The notes: generated by a model not told the origin, from the letters alone. A stretch of 64,000 bases of DNA from Candidatus Nezhaarchaeales archaeon (GCA_038887515.1 JAWAKK010000002.1:64001-128000), one strand, 5' to 3'. Shown: positions 38,937-49,654, numbered from the stretch's first letter. Numbers and translations: made by a program.

Positions 38937-41327
38937 ATGAAAGAGAGAGCTTACGTCTTATGGATCGAAGAGATCGACAAGGGCGACATAATGCTAGTTG
39001 GAGGCAAGAGCGCTAACCTCGGAGAGCTTACTAAAGCAGGAATACCAGTGCCTCCTGGATTTGCTGTTACTTCATACGCGTATAAAGAGTTTATTGATAG
39101 AACAGGTATTAAGAGAAAAATAGAGGAGTTTTTAAAGGAGGTTGAAGGAAAAAAGGACCCTCAACTGTTCGAGGAAGTTAGTGCAAATATCAGGAAACTT
39201 ATAGAGAATAGCAGGATTCCTGAAGAAATAGCAGACGCCATAAGAGAAAACTACAGAAAACTGTGCAACAAAGTGGGGTTATCCAACGTCCCTGTCGCAG
39301 TAAGAAGTTCAGCTACAGCCGAGGACTTACCAGATGCTAGCTTTGCAGGACAACAAGACACGTATCTCAACGTTGAAGGTGAGGAGGAAGTGCTGTCAAA
39401 GGTAAAGAAGTGCTGGTCATCCCTATTCACTCCGCGTGCCATATTCTATAGACAAGAAAAGGGGATAGAGCACAACAGAGTGTTGATGAGTGTAGTGGTA
39501 CAAAAGATGGTTAACGCAAGAGTTGCTGGCGTAATGTTCACCATACATCCGATAACCGGCGAACGAGACAAAATCGTTATAGAGGGAAGTTGGGGTCTAG
39601 GCGAGGCAGTTGTAAGCGGTTCAGTCACCCCTGACGTTTACGTGGTAGATAAGAAAGCGCTTAAAATAGTAGATAGGAAGATTGCTGAAAAGACGCATGA
39701 ATTAGTCAGAGACGCATATTCTGGACGAACCGTGAAAGTTGAAGTCCCTTCAGAGAGGAGGAAGATACCATGTCTATCCGATGAAGAGGTCCTAAAGCTA
39801 GCCGAGCTAGCTATCAAGATAGAGCAACATTATGGGCAACCTCAAGACATAGAATGGGCTATTGATGCTGATTTGAAGTTTCCGAACAACATTTTTGTCG
39901 TGCAATCGAGGCCGGAGACGGTATGGTCTTTAAGAGGGAAAGTGGAAGAGAAAGCCGAGGTTAAAGTGAGGGGTAGAAGAGTAATAGTTAAGGGCTTGCC
40001 AGCAAGTCCGGGCGTATGGTCTGGTAAAGCCAAGGTAGTCAAGAGCGTTGAGGAAGCGTCAAGACTCATTGAGAAAGGGGACATATTAGTAACTATGATG
40101 ACCAATCCAGATTGGGTTCCATACATGCGGCTCGCTGGTGCTATCGTGACGGACGAAGGAGGTATGACGTGCCATGCCGCTATAGTTAGTAGGGAGCTAG
40201 GGATACCGGCCATAGTCGGTACGGGCAATGCAACTAAGGTCTTAGAGACTGGTAAAGAATATACAGTTGAAGCCACGACGGGAGTAGTCTACGAGGGTAC
40301 GGTTGAAGAGTTCGTAAGAGGAGGAGGGGAATTTAAAGCTACGATGTCGCCAACGACTATGTCAACGGTGGAGCACTTCATTCCTACGGGAACAAAAATT
40401 TACATGAATTTAGGAGTACCAGAGAAAATAACAGATTACATGCATCTGCCATTCGATGGAATAGGCTTAATGCGTATAGAGTTCATAATGACTTCTCACA
40501 TAGGAGAGCACCCCCTCTATTTGCTTGAAAAGGGCGAGGAAAGCAAATTCGTGGATAAGCTGGCTGAAGGGGTAGCAATGGTAGCAAGACAGGTTCAACC
40601 TAGACCGGTAATAGTGAGATTCAGCGACTTAAAGACCAATGAATACAAGAAGTTAAAGGGTGGCGAAAGCTACGAACCTAACGAACATAATCCAATGCTC
40701 GGATATCGAGGTGCATCACGCTACATAAGCCCTCAATACGAGAAGGCATTCAGGCTAGAGTGCAAGGCTATAAAGAAGGTCAGAGATGTATGGGGGCTAA
40801 AGAACGTATGGGTGATGTTACCTTTCGTCAGAACCACTTGGGAAATGGAGAGGGCCTTGCAGATTATGAAGGAAGAGGGGCTCGAAAGGGGAAGGGACTT
40901 CAAGGTATGGTTGATGGCTGAAGTTCCTAGCGTCATATTCTTAGCCGATGAGTTTTGTAAGTGCGTTGATGGGTTTAGCATAGGTAGCAACGATCTAACA
41001 CAATTAATCCTCGGAGTCGATAGAGACTCTGAAATATTACCTAACTTAGACCCTCGATACTTCGACGAAAGAGACCCAGCAGTTTTAAGGGCTATAAGTC
41101 ACCTAATTAAGACAGCCCATAAACACGGAGCAACGGTAAGCATATGCGGTCAGGGACCCTCATACCTAGAAGACTTTGTTGAATGGCTCGTACGTCAGGG
41201 CATAGACAGCGTATCCGTTAACCCTGACGCAGTCATGAGGGTGCGTCGTTTAGTGGCACAAGTCGAAAGAAGAATTTTACTTGAAAACGCGTTAAACAAA
41301 AAGTCTAAAAGAGCGCTGAGCAAATAG
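38937..41327 (+). CDS. ppsA: Phosphoenolpyruvate synthase
   Basis: VGGK.ANLGE, RSSATAED...ASFAGQQ, GG.TCHAAIVSRE, NPMLG.RG, SIGSNDL. Confidence 0.98.
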   Translation: MKERAYVLWIEEIDKGDIMLVGGKSANLGELTKAGIPVPPGFAVTSYAYKEFIDRTGIKRKIEEFLKEVEGKKDPQLFEEVSANIRKLIENSRIPEEIADAIRENYRKLCNKVGLSNVPVAVRSSATAEDLPDASFAGQQDTYLNVEGEEEVLSKVKKCWSSLFTPRAIFYRQEKGIEHNRVLMSVVVQKMVNARVAGVMFTIHPITGERDKIVIEGSWGLGEAVVSGSVTPDVYVVDKKALKIVDRKIAEKTHELVRDAYSGRTVKVEVPSERRKIPCLSDEEVLKLAELAIKIEQHYGQPQDIEWAIDADLKFPNNIFVVQSRPETVWSLRGKVEEKAEVKVRGRRVIVKGLPASPGVWSGKAKVVKSVEEASRLIEKGDILVTMMTNPDWVPYMRLAGAIVTDEGGMTCHAAIVSRELGIPAIVGTGNATKVLETGKEYTVEATTGVVYEGTVEEFVRGGGEFKATMSPTTMSTVEHFIPTGTKIYMNLGVPEKITDYMHLPFDGIGLMRIEFIMTSHIGEHPLYLLEKGEESKFVDKLAEGVAMVARQVQPRPVIVRFSDLKTNEYKKLKGGESYEPNEHNPMLGYRGASRYISPQYEKAFRLECKAIKKVRDVWGLKNVWVMLPFVRTTWEMERALQIMKEEGLERGRDFKVWLMAEVPSVIFLADEFCKCVDGFSIGSNDLTQLILGVDRDSEILPNLDPRYFDERDPAVLRAISHLIKTAHKHGATVSICGQGPSYLEDFVEWLVRQGIDSVSVNPDAVMRVRRLVAQVERRILLENALNKKSKRALSK

Positions 41328-41496
41328 ATGATAAATTAATTTTAACATTATTTCTTAAATTAACTTACACTTATTCCTCAACCTTGAGGCTATCATTAAT
41401 AGCCAAGTTCCTTCACCTATTGTAGTAAATTTACTATTTGTATTAAGGAAGGCTGATCACAATATTTATTAGCGTTCCACACAAGTACCTTGCAAG

Positions 41497-41748
41497 GTGA
41501 TTAAGACGTCTACCAAGAAGAAGAGGGCTGAAGAAGTAGGCGTTTCAAATCACAGGCATTGCATAATATGCGGAGGAGTTGTGCCGTCCGACAGGAACCC
41601 GCCAGTTTGTGAAGGTCCTTGCGAAGAAGAGCTTACTAAGAGGGAGAAAAGGTCTAGAACCTTCAATTTAGTATGGATGTTAATGATTTTTGGCCTCCTA
41701 GCTATAATGATGATTAGCCTATTTGGACCGGCCATTCCTAAGAGCTAG
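41497..41748 (+). CDS. DUF2116 family Zn-ribbon membrane protein
   Basis: H.HC.ICG...P.....C...C followed by a C-terminal TM helix. Confidence 0.85.
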   Translation: MIKTSTKKKRAEEVGVSNHRHCIICGGVVPSDRNPPVCEGPCEEELTKREKRSRTFNLVWMLMIFGLLAIMMISLFGPAIPKS

Positions 41749-41751
41749 CTA

Positions 41752-42267
41752 TTAGCTTTTGCTAACTTCCTTTACGACCCTTATTTCACAAGGTACTGGG
41801 AGCTTTGAAGCAGCTCTTCTTACGGCTTCCCTCGCCACCCCCTCCTTGTCTACGGGGACTTTAACCGTGAGTATTACATCTCCGGCACTAACTCTGGCGG
41901 CTGTACCAACAGGGTCTCCGAATGCAAGCCGCATGCCGTCTTGAAGTCTGTCGGCACCGGCAAACGCCATCATTTTGTTTTCTCGCAAGACGTGGTGAGG
42001 ATATGGATGTATCTTAAGGAAATAGTTGTTCTCGCCGAGGTTTGAAGACAAATATTTACTGCAGGTAACCCTCATAGCTTCTAATGCGTTGTGCCTTATC
42101 TGTGCCGGCTCTTTAGCTACTAATTCAACAGTCAATTGGAAGTCTGCCTTCGTGTTCCCCATAGTGAACTTCGTTATCTTAGGTGGTGGAATACCGTGTA
42201 TGTATTCTTTCCTCGTGTAGGCTGGTCCTTTCACGAGCCTATAGCAGCGAGCCGGTCTTAGAGGCAA
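41752..42267 (-). CDS. rpl10e: 50S ribosomal protein L10e (uL16)
   Basis: RPARCYR, ALEA.R, YPH.VLREN...[14 protein letters not shown]. Confidence 0.98.
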   Translation of the reverse strand: MPLRPARCYRLVKGPAYTRKEYIHGIPPPKITKFTMGNTKADFQLTVELVAKEPAQIRHNALEAMRVTCSKYLSSNLGENNYFLKIHPYPHHVLRENKMMAFAGADRLQDGMRLAFGDPVGTAARVSAGDVILTVKVPVDKEGVAREAVRRAASKLPVPCEIRVVKEVSKS

Positions 42268-42305
42268 TTTTAAACACCTTCCCCTATAATTGAGGGGGGT
42301 GCCTT

Positions 42306-43016
42306 TTAGCTTTTCTTTGCAGCGGAATCCATAAGCTTTAAATGTACTTTATGGAGGAAGGCTAGCAGGATGTGTATCTCTTTTTGAGAAATGAAGGATT
42401 TTCCAAGTATCCTTTTGAAAACTATTTTGGCTTTTTCCTCCTTCTCTGGGAGGAAGTTTATCGATTTGAGTATGTCTGAAAAGTACTTTAAAGCGACTCT
42501 TCGCAACCTTTCGTTTGCTAGTCTTACCTTGGGCCTCACGTGACTTCTTGAGAGCTCATATAGTATTATAGCTATCGCGTGCGTAATGTTCATTACTGGG
42601 TACTCGTCGCTTGTAGGTATATTTACGACCATATCACACATCGAAAGTTCGTCGTTTGTGAGACCTATGTCTTCACGACCAAAAATCAGAGCTACCTTAC
42701 CATCGAGCTTCAACAGCCCGCGTAAATGCCAGGGGGGTACAACCGTCCTCACGACGTTTCTGGGTCCTGCCAGCTTACCTGTTGTACCAATTTTTATATC
42801 AAAACCTTTTACCGCCTCCTCCAGACTATCAACTATAGTTATTCTTTCAAGTAGGTCTGAAGCTTTTACAGCAAACCTTCTTGATACATCTGAAATGTTA
42901 GTTCGAGGCCTTACGAGACATAAGTCTTTGAAGCCAAAGTTCTTCATAACCCTACACGTAAGACCTATGCTCATTTCGTAGAGAGGTTCAACTAGGACTA
43001 TCCTGAAGTCGGGCAT
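42306..43016 (-). CDS. trmJ: TrmJ/LasT-family tRNA 2'-O-methyltransferase (SPOUT)
   Basis: LVEP....IG...R.MKNFG, FGRED.GLTN.EL, YP.MN..HA. Confidence 0.9.
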   Translation of the reverse strand: MPDFRIVLVEPLYEMSIGLTCRVMKNFGFKDLCLVRPRTNISDVSRRFAVKASDLLERITIVDSLEEAVKGFDIKIGTTGKLAGPRNVVRTVVPPWHLRGLLKLDGKVALIFGREDIGLTNDELSMCDMVVNIPTSDEYPVMNITHAIAIILYELSRSHVRPKVRLANERLRRVALKYFSDILKSINFLPEKEEKAKIVFKRILGKSFISQKEIHILLAFLHKVHLKLMDSAAKKS

Positions 43017-43618
43017 GCCCTCACCTCTACTAAGAAAAGCTCTTCAAGCCAAAATCTCTTCTTGGCTAAGATCGAGTACTGAAGATTCGTAGATTTTAAG
43101 GTCGATAATATTTTGTCGTTCTCTGTAAAAGATGATGTCACGAAGTATAATCTACCGTTTTTGCTCAGAACCCTGTAAACGTCTTTGATAACCCTTAAAA
43201 TCATAGAAGTACCATCGATGCCCCCGCTCCATGAAGGCTCGTCTATGCGTGGATCTCCGGTAGATGGCAAGTATGGGGGATTCATGATTATTGCATCGAA
43301 TTCACAATTGTCTCTTAGAGCCGATGTGACGTCAGAACATAGAAAAGCCGTACGCTCTTCGACTTTATTTATTTTTGCATTATATTGGGCATTACGAACT
43401 GCTACCTTACTCACATCTATTCCAACGACGTAGCAACCACTTAACGCATAATTTATAGCTAAGATACCGCTCCCAGTACCTACATCAAGCACCAATTCTC
43501 CGCAGTTCAGCTTCAAGTTATCTAACAGCATAAATGTATCATCTGATGGCTGGTAGACCCCTTCCCAGACATGAATTACCATATTGTCGAACGACAGCTT
43601 CACGTGAATGCACCTCAA
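42998..43618 (-). CDS. HemK-related (aPrmC/Mtq2-like) methyltransferase
   Basis: VY.PSDDT, D.GTGSG, NPPYLP, GG.DG. Confidence 0.9.
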   Translation of the reverse strand: MRCIHVKLSFDNMVIHVWEGVYQPSDDTFMLLDNLKLNCGELVLDVGTGSGILAINYALSGCYVVGIDVSKVAVRNAQYNAKINKVEERTAFLCSDVTSALRDNCEFDAIIMNPPYLPSTGDPRIDEPSWSGGIDGTSMILRVIKDVYRVLSKNGRLYFVTSSFTENDKILSTLKSTNLQYSILAKKRFWLEELFLVEVRACPTSG

Positions 43619-44451
43619 TGTATTACGTAATCCCCGATGATGTTGGATATGTAAGCAAAGTCCGAAGGACTTAAGTCCTTAACCCTTGAGTTCATGTATT
43701 TCTTTAGCCTCTCATCATAGTATACTTTCTCGTCAACCTTGAATTGCATGAGCTTAGTTACAGCTACGCGCAGAGCCTTCCTTAAAACCCTGTTGCGCTG
43801 GGTGAAAAGCGACCTAACGACCTCTAAGTGAAGGTCTATATTTTTGATTTCGTAAGGTGGGCTTCGTCTTTCCAGCTTTAATAGGGCTGAGTCAACGTCT
43901 GGTTCAGGATAGAAGTTCTTCCTTTTAATTGTCATCAATAGTTGAGTAGCAAAAAAGGCATCTAAGGAAACGGTTAATCTGCCGTAATCCCTAGTACCGG
44001 GCTTTGATAATATTCGCAATGCAAGCTCTTTCTGCAGAGTGAGGAGGGCCCTGCTAAACGTGCAGTCTCGAGCTAACTTAAAGAGCATTGGTGTAGCGAT
44101 GCTGTACGGCACGTTTGAAACTACGACGTCAACCGGTGGTGGCCTTATGTTTAGGAAGTCCGCCTCCATTACTACTACGTTATTGTGGTTCTTTAGAACG
44201 TCTTCACGTAATGCTTTACTCAATACTGGGTCGACTTCAATTGCGTATACTAGCCTAGCTTTTGAAGCAAGTATATCAGTTAAAGCTCCGAGGCCTGCAC
44301 CTACCTCTAGGACGACGAGGCCTTCTACTTCAGATAACTCGATTATGCGTCTCGCTATCCGATCGTTAATTAAAAACGACTGGCCTAACTCTTTTTTCGG
44401 TGATATTGAGTGCTTCTTAATTAGAATCAGAGTACGTTGTAGTAAGTTCAT
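43615..44451 (-). CDS. rsmA: 16S rRNA m6,2A dimethyltransferase
   Basis: K.LGQ.FL, E.G.G.G.LT, N.PY.I, QKE.A.R, F.P.P.VDS. Confidence 0.96.
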   Translation of the reverse strand: MNLLQRTLILIKKHSISPKKELGQSFLINDRIARRIIELSEVEGLVVLEVGAGLGALTDILASKARLVYAIEVDPVLSKALREDVLKNHNNVVVMEADFLNIRPPPVDVVVSNVPYSIATPMLFKLARDCTFSRALLTLQKELALRILSKPGTRDYGRLTVSLDAFFATQLLMTIKRKNFYPEPDVDSALLKLERRSPPYEIKNIDLHLEVVRSLFTQRNRVLRKALRVAVTKLMQFKVDEKVYYDERLKKYMNSRVKDLSPSDFAYISNIIGDYVIH

Positions 44452-45044
44452 GGTTCCGTCGTCTTCTCTTTAGAAACCGGAGCAACCGTAAATAAGTAGT
44501 ACTTCTCGTTGCCCTTCAGTTCAGTTAAGATTCTCTCCGTCAATATTTCAACTATGTTGCTTATCCCGGTTCTTTTTTCAAAGTCTTCATAGCTAGTGAA
44601 GGGGGCTTTCTCTCGTTCCTTGATTATGAGCCACATAGTTTTCTTTCCTATCCTAGGTAGGAGTTCGAGGGAGTGCATTTTCGTAGTTAGCGGCGAAGCG
44701 TTGTTTAGAAAATCTACGAACCTGACTTCATGTTCTCTAACTATCTTTTCTACTATTCTGGGTAGCTCGTCTTTAGCCAAAGCTGTTAAGTCGTCGTAGC
44801 TTAATCGCCTTGTTATCCTATCAATTTTCTCCCTAAAGCCTTTCCCTATGAATACCTTTTCGCCCGGCGATAGAAGAACGTTAGGTTTGGGGACTAGCTC
44901 GAGCAACATAAAGAAGTCTTCGCCTACGGCTTGAACTATAGGTTTGCCCATAAACTGGGGACGGCTTTCCCTGAGATAACCTCTAGGCAAAAAATCTAGG
45001 ACATAAGCGTATTCCTCAAACTTCTTTTTATGCATAGTCAACAA
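44448..45044 (-). CDS. DUF655 family nucleic-acid-binding protein
   Basis: A.VLD.L..G, Q..G...F.LLE, H.LELLP.IGKK; conserved rpoF-DUF655-ksgA order. Confidence 0.92.
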   Translation of the reverse strand: MLTMHKKKFEEYAYVLDFLPRGYLRESRPQFMGKPIVQAVGEDFFMLLELVPKPNVLLSPGEKVFIGKGFREKIDRITRRLSYDDLTALAKDELPRIVEKIVREHEVRFVDFLNNASPLTTKMHSLELLPRIGKKTMWLIIKEREKAPFTSYEDFEKRTGISNIVEILTERILTELKGNEKYYLFTVAPVSKEKTTEP

Positions 45045-45073
45045 AATCTAACACCTATGTATAAGGCTAAAGA

Positions 45074-45403
45074 TTATTGAAGGTAGCTACGGATTAGCTC
45101 TAACATATTTTCAAGGTCCTCAGTTAAGAAGACCCTACCTTCCTTAGCGAGTAAAACTCTTAGTTCCTGCACGGATCCTGGCGAGACGTTCACTACTTGA
45201 ACAGCAGTAGTCCTAGAAACCTTAAATTTCTCCACAAGGTCTTCTACTAGTTTCTCAGCTTTATCGGAGGGGATCTTAGAGAATTTGGAAGCATGATGTA
45301 GGGCAGCTGCTTGATATGGCTCTAGGGGGCCTTGCTTTTGTCTAACTTCAAGTAAATCGCGTACTTTAGGTAGGGGTATCTCCTTAATGCTTATAACTTT
45401 CAT
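45074..45403 (-). CDS. rpoF: RNA polymerase subunit Rpo4 (F)
   Basis: Q...L.H..KF, A.Q.VN..P....ELR..L; synteny. Confidence 0.92.
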   Translation of the reverse strand: MKVISIKEIPLPKVRDLLEVRQKQGPLEPYQAAALHHASKFSKIPSDKAEKLVEDLVEKFKVSRTTAVQVVNVSPGSVQELRVLLAKEGRVFLTEDLENMLELIRSYLQ

Positions 45404-45411
45404 TCCTAAGC

Positions 45412-45470
45412 TCTCCCCGAGAGGAATTTAGCTATGAAGTATTTCTCGGGGAGAAAATAAATATATTTAT
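45412..45470. promoter_or_regulatory. Divergent rpoF/rpl21e promoter region with an 11-bp inverted repeat and a 14-bp AT palindrome
   Basis: TCTCCCCGAGA(45412)-N21-TCTCGGGGAGA(45454); ATAAATATATTTAT at 45457-45470. Confidence 0.6.
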
Positions 45471-45530
45471 AGTTCAGAAGGCCTATTCGAACAGTACTTG
45501 AACTCGAGCCTGACGTTAGGGGCGAGGGCT

Positions 45531-45830
45531 TTGAAGAGATCAAAGGGTTTAAGGAGTAAAGGTAGAAGTTTATTATCAAAACATCCGCGTAAGCGTGGCA
45601 TAAGAGGGCTAAGCTACCTTTTGTTAGAGTATAAGGTAGGTGATAAAGTCGTCCTCGATATAGATTCGTCCAACATAGGAACGGCACCTCATAGAAGATA
45701 CCACGGCCTCACAGGAGTTATCGTGGGCAAGAGGGGTAGGGCCTACGTTGTTGAGACGAAACTTGGGGATAAAACTAAAATAATAATAACGACGCCTGAG
45801 CACATAAGGCCACTTAAGGCTACAGCCTAG
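45531..45830 (+). CDS. rpl21e: 50S ribosomal protein L21e
   Basis: KRSKG.R...R, Y..GD.V, PH.RY.G.TG...G.RG, PEH.RP; TTG start at 45531. Confidence 0.96.
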   Translation: MKRSKGLRSKGRSLLSKHPRKRGIRGLSYLLLEYKVGDKVVLDIDSSNIGTAPHRRYHGLTGVIVGKRGRAYVVETKLGDKTKIIITTPEHIRPLKATA

Positions 45831-47167
45831 CCCTCAACTTCAATGACGTCGAGTTCTAAGACCTTTAGCTTAGTGCCGAGGAACTCTTGGAAACTTGGCG
45901 TCGTTCTACCCTCATCTCCATGAATGAGTTCTTTGACATATAGCCCACCTTGACACTTTATCATTACCTCAAAGGTTCTACCACGAACATCCAAGACTTT
46001 TACTTCATACACCTTCTTGGTCCGCAACTTATCGGCTCGACGATGTAAAACCCTTCGTGGAGTCAATTGTTTTATAGTCTTTTCTTTAAAGTAATTAATC
46101 AGAGCTTCGATCTTCTCTTTGTCTACGGGGTCCTCCGCTTCTATAAGTGCCCTGTAAGTCTTTCTTTTCACCTTGGCAGATAATTTTAGCATTCCAACCA
46201 TGGATTTATTTGTGTATGACATCTCAGAAACTTCGATTATACCTTGCGATTTTTCATTTATGTCCCTTTGAAGCTCCGTAAGATCGATGAACCTCTTTTT
46301 GGGTTCGATTACCTCTACAACGAATGGTCTTCCTGAACCTAAAACCCTAACATCTATATCCTCCCTTCCAGCTCCGTGAAACTTGGCCTTAGACGCCTCA
46401 AACCTTTCGATTATGGGTTTCGTTATAAGTTCTTCAACCGAATACTTGTAACGTCTTCCAGTCCAATCGCATTCAGGGCAACCAGACCCCCTACACTTAG
46501 AGCAAGGCCACTTCGATTGAGGTATCCCACGCACTAGTTTCTTGTACCGACCATATATGAAGATGGGATAAGGCTTTACATCTACGTTCATCTTGTGAAA
46601 GTCTAATACTATGAGTATGTCCGGTCGTTGGAAATCAACGTTCTTTCCAATCTTAGATCCTATGGCCGAGCCCGCTTCTCTATTGACCTCCCTCTTTATC
46701 GACTCTCCCCACTCTATTCCTATATACGACCTTAAGGCATCTTCCTTCTCGATAATATCGCCGGGTATTCTGCACCCAACAATATACGTATTAAATTCGT
46801 ATTCCAAGAGGCGAACAATAGCTTTGTTTATTAGACTGTGTAACGGCTCGAAAAGAAGGCCCTTACACACTTCACAAGACGATACCTCAGGCACTTCAAA
46901 ACCACTTTTTGTAAGGAGCTTCCTTGCAGGCTCAAAGCCAGTTTTCGCGATGTTTTGTAGTATTTTAACAGCCTCTTCTTGATGACCTCTACTTATAAGG
47001 TTCGAAGAGAGCATGCAAAGTAGCGTCTTTAAGCTTACTCCTCTAGCTTCATTAGTTAGTGCAACCCCTAGACTAGCGAAAAAGCGACCAAAACACTTAT
47101 CGCATAACACAGCTTTTTCCGCTAACTTTATGGATTTCTCGACGATCTCGGATGCAACATCTAACAT
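45827..47167 (-). CDS. pus10: tRNA pseudouridine(54/55) synthase
   Basis: CxxC.GR, Y.K..R.IPQ..W, GREDIDVR..G.GRPF, Q.TP.RV..RR, GG.Y.KEL..GD.GRT.P. Confidence 0.96.
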   Translation of the reverse strand: MLDVASEIVEKSIKLAEKAVLCDKCFGRFFASLGVALTNEARGVSLKTLLCMLSSNLISRGHQEEAVKILQNIAKTGFEPARKLLTKSGFEVPEVSSCEVCKGLLFEPLHSLINKAIVRLLEYEFNTYIVGCRIPGDIIEKEDALRSYIGIEWGESIKREVNREAGSAIGSKIGKNVDFQRPDILIVLDFHKMNVDVKPYPIFIYGRYKKLVRGIPQSKWPCSKCRGSGCPECDWTGRRYKYSVEELITKPIIERFEASKAKFHGAGREDIDVRVLGSGRPFVVEVIEPKKRFIDLTELQRDINEKSQGIIEVSEMSYTNKSMVGMLKLSAKVKRKTYRALIEAEDPVDKEKIEALINYFKEKTIKQLTPRRVLHRRADKLRTKKVYEVKVLDVRGRTFEVMIKCQGGLYVKELIHGDEGRTTPSFQEFLGTKLKVLELDVIEVEG

Positions 47168-47193
47168 GCGCTATACCTCGTCTTTGATGGACC

Positions 47194-48525
47194 TTAGGAC
47201 CTAAAAGGTAATGGTAGACGACCTTTCCGCTGCTTCCTCATGAAGGTCTTGATCATCCGCCTAATCCCTTCGTAAGCGTCGAGAAGGTCTTTAACATCTT
47301 TAACCTTAACTCCACTACCTCGAGCTATCCTCCTCATCCTAGACCTATTTATTACCTCGGGGTTTTCTAGCTCTTCTTTTGTCATGGATTTAACTATGAC
47401 GGTCCACTTGTCAAGCTTTTCTTGTGCTACATCCGCAATTTCGTCGGGTAAGCTTAAACCGAATCCCGGTATCATTTCAAGAACCTTCCGTAGAGGTCCA
47501 AGCTTCTTTAATCTCTCTAGCTGATGAATCATGTCTTTTAAAGTAAGCTTACCGCTAAGTATGTTCTTCATTTCCTCTTCTTTTAACGAAGCTTCTTTTA
47601 CCTTCTCCGCTAACGACTTAAGGTCCCCCATGCCTAGTAGTCTGCTAACAAAACTTGAAGGATCAAAGATTTCAAATTCTTCGATTTTTTCTCCTACACC
47701 CACAAATTTTATTTGGGCACCTGTAGCGACGACAGCTGATAGTGCTCCTCCACCTCTTGCAGCTCCATCTAGTTTTGTTACAACTATCGATCCTATCTTC
47801 GTCGAATTATTGAAGGCTTCTGCCTGAACTCTAGCTTGTTGTCCTATAGTAGCGTCGATGACTAAGATCACTTCGTCAGGGTTTATGGTTTCACTTAGTT
47901 GCTTCATTTCCTCCATTAGCGCTGACTCGTTCTTATGTCTCCCAGCGGTGTCGATGATTATGACGTTACAGCCGTTCTTCTTAAGCTCGTCAACTCCTCT
48001 TAGAGCTATCTCTACTGGATTACTAGACTTATCACCATAAAATGGGACGCCCACCTTTAGCGCTAACTGTTTTAGTTGATCGTAAGCCCCGGGTCTAAAG
48101 GTGTCGGCGCAAACTATTCCTGGACGGTGCCCCCTGCTCTTATAAAACCACGCCAACTTTGCGGCGGTTGTAGTCTTGCCAGAGCCTTGTACCCCCACAA
48201 GCATAATTACTATCGGTTTAGCTGTGGGAAATAGTATGTTAGGTTGTTTTTCTCCACCTAGAGACTCTAAGAGGGATTCGTAGAGAACCTTAAGGGTAAC
48301 ATCCCTTCTAGTGAAGCCCGGAGGAACCGGTTCTTTAAGCGCTTTCTCCTCAATTTTTTGCGTTATCTTAAGTACCAAGTCAACATTCACATCAGCCAGA
48401 AGGAGTGCCCTCTGAACATCCCTAATTAACTCCTTAACTGCAAGTTCATCTGCTACCGGTCTCCCTAAGAACTTCTTTACAGCCTCTCGAAGTGAAGTGC
48501 CTAGTTTTCCTAGCATCAACCTCAA
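47194..48525 (-). CDS. srp54: Signal recognition particle protein Srp54
   Basis: GVQGSGKTT, DTFRPGA, DTAGRH, TKLDG, M domain SMT..E..NP...SR..RIARGSG. Confidence 0.98.
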   Translation of the reverse strand: MRLMLGKLGTSLREAVKKFLGRPVADELAVKELIRDVQRALLLADVNVDLVLKITQKIEEKALKEPVPPGFTRRDVTLKVLYESLLESLGGEKQPNILFPTAKPIVIMLVGVQGSGKTTTAAKLAWFYKSRGHRPGIVCADTFRPGAYDQLKQLALKVGVPFYGDKSSNPVEIALRGVDELKKNGCNVIIIDTAGRHKNESALMEEMKQLSETINPDEVILVIDATIGQQARVQAEAFNNSTKIGSIVVTKLDGAARGGGALSAVVATGAQIKFVGVGEKIEEFEIFDPSSFVSRLLGMGDLKSLAEKVKEASLKEEEMKNILSGKLTLKDMIHQLERLKKLGPLRKVLEMIPGFGLSLPDEIADVAQEKLDKWTVIVKSMTKEELENPEVINRSRMRRIARGSGVKVKDVKDLLDAYEGIRRMIKTFMRKQRKGRLPLPFRS

Positions 48526-48559
48526 ACCCTTTATAAGTGAATATGCTTAAATTTATTTA

Positions 48560-49654
48560 GTGATCCCTATTTTTCGCTATCACGTGTACGATCTGAGGGT
48601 TAACGATGTCGCAGCCTTCATAGACAAACAGCATATAAAGAAAGTACTACTTCAATTTGCCGATGGATTAAAGCAATATTCCTGTTACGTTTATGAAGAG
48701 CTAGGCGAGAGGAAACCTAACGTCGAAGTCTACCTATCAGGTTCCAGCTGCTACGGTGCGTGTGATGTTGCTTTTGATGAAGCGGTAAACATAGGTGTTA
48801 ACGGTATAGTGCATTATGGTCATACATCTTTTCCTGAAAGCTTTACCTATGCTGATAAGCTAGGGGTCAAATTACTCTTCGTAGAAGCATTTTCAAGAGT
48901 TGACATAAGTAAGGCGCTTGATAAAGCCCTTGATATCATAAGTTCTATGGGAAATGTGACTAACGTAGGTCTCACGGCATCTCTTCAGGAGATCCCTCAA
49001 ATTCCTATTGTAAAGCAACTCTTAGAGAGGGAGGGTTACCAAGTCCATGTAGGTATAGGCTCTGACAGAGTTAAATATCCAGGTCAGGTCTTAGGTTGCG
49101 ACTATACGTCAGCTCTATTAATTAAGGATAGCGTAGAGACTTTCTTGCACATAGGAGGAGGGCTCTTTCATGCTATAGGTCTTAGCATAGCGGTTCAAAA
49201 GCCCGTAGTATTATGCGACCCCTACCGAAGCGAGGCGAGAGATGTCGAAAGCGAGGCTAGGCGCGTAAAGGCTGTGAGGTTACATGAAGTCCTAAAAGTT
49301 ATGGATGAAGCAAGACATTTCTGTATAGTTGTAGGATGTAAGTGGAGGCAGAGGCACGTAGGCTCTGCTATGAAAATAAAAAGGCTACTTGAAAGGAAGG
49401 GTAAGAAGGCGAACCTAATGATGTTGTACGAGGTAACTCCGCAAACATTAGAGAACGTGGCTGAACCTGATGCTTTCGTGATAACAGCTTGTCCAAGAAT
49501 ACCGATAGACGACTACATGAACTATAGAAGGCCTATACTGACGGTCCTTGAAGCGTTAATTGTAGCGGGAGAATTAAAGCTTGAGGAGTGGTCTTTGTGT
49601 GATTGGACGTTTAACGAAAAAGCAGCTCGCACTATTACTTTCAAGGGTAGGTGA
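48560..49654 (+). CDS. dph2: Diphthamide biosynthesis radical-SAM-type enzyme
   Basis: LQF.DGL, CYGACD, HYGH, GQVLGC, G.FH, ACPR...DD. Confidence 0.94.
   Translation: MIPIFRYHVYDLRVNDVAAFIDKQHIKKVLLQFADGLKQYSCYVYEELGERKPNVEVYLSGSSCYGACDVAFDEAVNIGVNGIVHYGHTSFPESFTYADKLGVKLLFVEAFSRVDISKALDKALDIISSMGNVTNVGLTASLQEIPQIPIVKQLLEREGYQVHVGIGSDRVKYPGQVLGCDYTSALLIKDSVETFLHIGGGLFHAIGLSIAVQKPVVLCDPYRSEARDVESEARRVKAVRLHEVLKVMDEARHFCIVVGCKWRQRHVGSAMKIKRLLERKGKKANLMMLYEVTPQTLENVAEPDAFVITACPRIPIDDYMNYRRPILTVLEALIVAGELKLEEWSLCDWTFNEKAARTITFKGR

Noticed and set aside
25360-41327. Possible inteins in NrdD or PpsA
   Set aside because: Both have normal lengths (760 and 796 aa) and no C...HN-C/S/T splice signatures.
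41328-41496. AT-rich gap after ppsA with several small palindromes, considered as an origin or ncRNA
   Set aside because: No ORB-like repeats with G strings and no cdc6/whiP nearby. Such dyads are expected in AT-rich terminator/promoter DNA.
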